Below are positions 63,896 through 64,000 of a stretch of 64,000 nucleotides of DNA, one piece after another. The DNA comes from Pseudomonadales bacterium. GTDB lineage: Bacteria > Pseudomonadota > Gammaproteobacteria > Pseudomonadales > IMCC2047. Location of the stretch: assembly GCA_024234615.1 (NCBI GenBank), contig JACKNY010000001.1, positions 1,176,012-1,240,011 of the forward strand, read 5' to 3'. The notes below the pieces were generated by a model. That model ran no database searches and was not told the DNA's origin. It saw only the letters and a list, made by a program, of their open reading frames with translations. How positions within the stretch are numbered: the first letter of the stretch is position 1; the number at the start of each line of letters is the position of its first letter. A program made the translations under genes and the position numbers.

Positions 63896-64000
63896 TTATT
63901 CGCTGAGTCCAGCATCTCTGATGACGGCATTGTCGCCAAGGTCGTTTACCGGAACGGCGTTGCCATGGCGCACTAGTTCTTCGATGGCGGCGCCGATACG
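63896..64000 (-). CDS. C-terminal end of an unidentified protein. The gene continues past the right edge.
   Basis: Open minus-strand frame ...RIGAAIEELVRHGNAVPVNDLGDNAVIRDAGLSE* with its stop at 63896-63898. Too short to assign. Confidence 0.3.
   Translation of the reverse strand, partial: RIGAAIEELVRHGNAVPVNDLGDNAVIRDAGLSE

Overview
This is a 64-kb chromosomal segment from a gammaproteobacterium of moderate GC. The gene content suggests a marine Cellvibrionales- or Alteromonadales-like organism, but that assignment is uncertain. All calls come from reading the sequence and the ORF track by eye. No HMM or BLAST searches were run.

Layout:
- (1) 1-18065: a polysaccharide accessory locus carrying the marker set defined for exosortase A / PEP-CTERM systems (AMP-ligase, PLP decarboxylase, two ACPs, paired alpha/beta hydrolases, glycosyltransferase, Wzy_C-like membrane protein, acyltransferase_3, GNAT-like). 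It also holds an unusual E3-less fused-E1 plus E2 2-oxoacid dehydrogenase pair and a beta-helix/SGDH-propeller fusion protein. No exosortase gene is visible in the window.
- (2) 18364-19508: dgkA translationally coupled to an S1-type protease.
- (3) 19789-22869: a Tat-signal, Cys-rich protein followed by a tightly coupled PqqD-like / HprK-related kinase / nucleotidyltransferase cassette.
- (4) 22922-32514: a housekeeping block (tesA, ybbA-like, purU, tRNA-Gly, fadD, ABC-2 transporter, queF, gpx, nitroreductase, thioesterase-like, tRNA-Ser).
- (5) 32515-36423: a visibly GC-richer mosaic island abutting tRNA-Ser. It contains an ISL3 transposase remnant, a rep helicase 3' fragment, a cytochrome c fragment, and a three-gene secreted module of OM beta-barrel, YiiX-like permuted papain and HExxH protein. 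The barrel gene is split from its signal peptide by a frameshift.
- (6) 36585-41776: copA, a cupredoxin-like protein and a TonB-dependent receptor.
- (7) 41845-63873: a large polyamine / guanidino / ureido catabolic cluster (two PuuA/PauA-like ligases, PuuB, PuuC, PuuD, SpuC, ureohydrolase, M20 carbamoylase-type amidase, Gsp). Embedded in it is an operon of unknown function: bitopic membrane protein, SSS transporter, an unannotated 39-aa micro-ORF, a PyrB-like transcarbamoylase lacking the aspartate-binding motif, and a long AsnB-like amidotransferase.

Best candidates for an undescribed system, in order:
1. The orphan RRE-kinase-nucleotidyltransferase cassette with its neighbouring Tat protein.
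2. The E1/E2/tandem-ACP module inside the exosortase-type locus.
3. The transcarbamoylase/AsnB-like/SSS operon.
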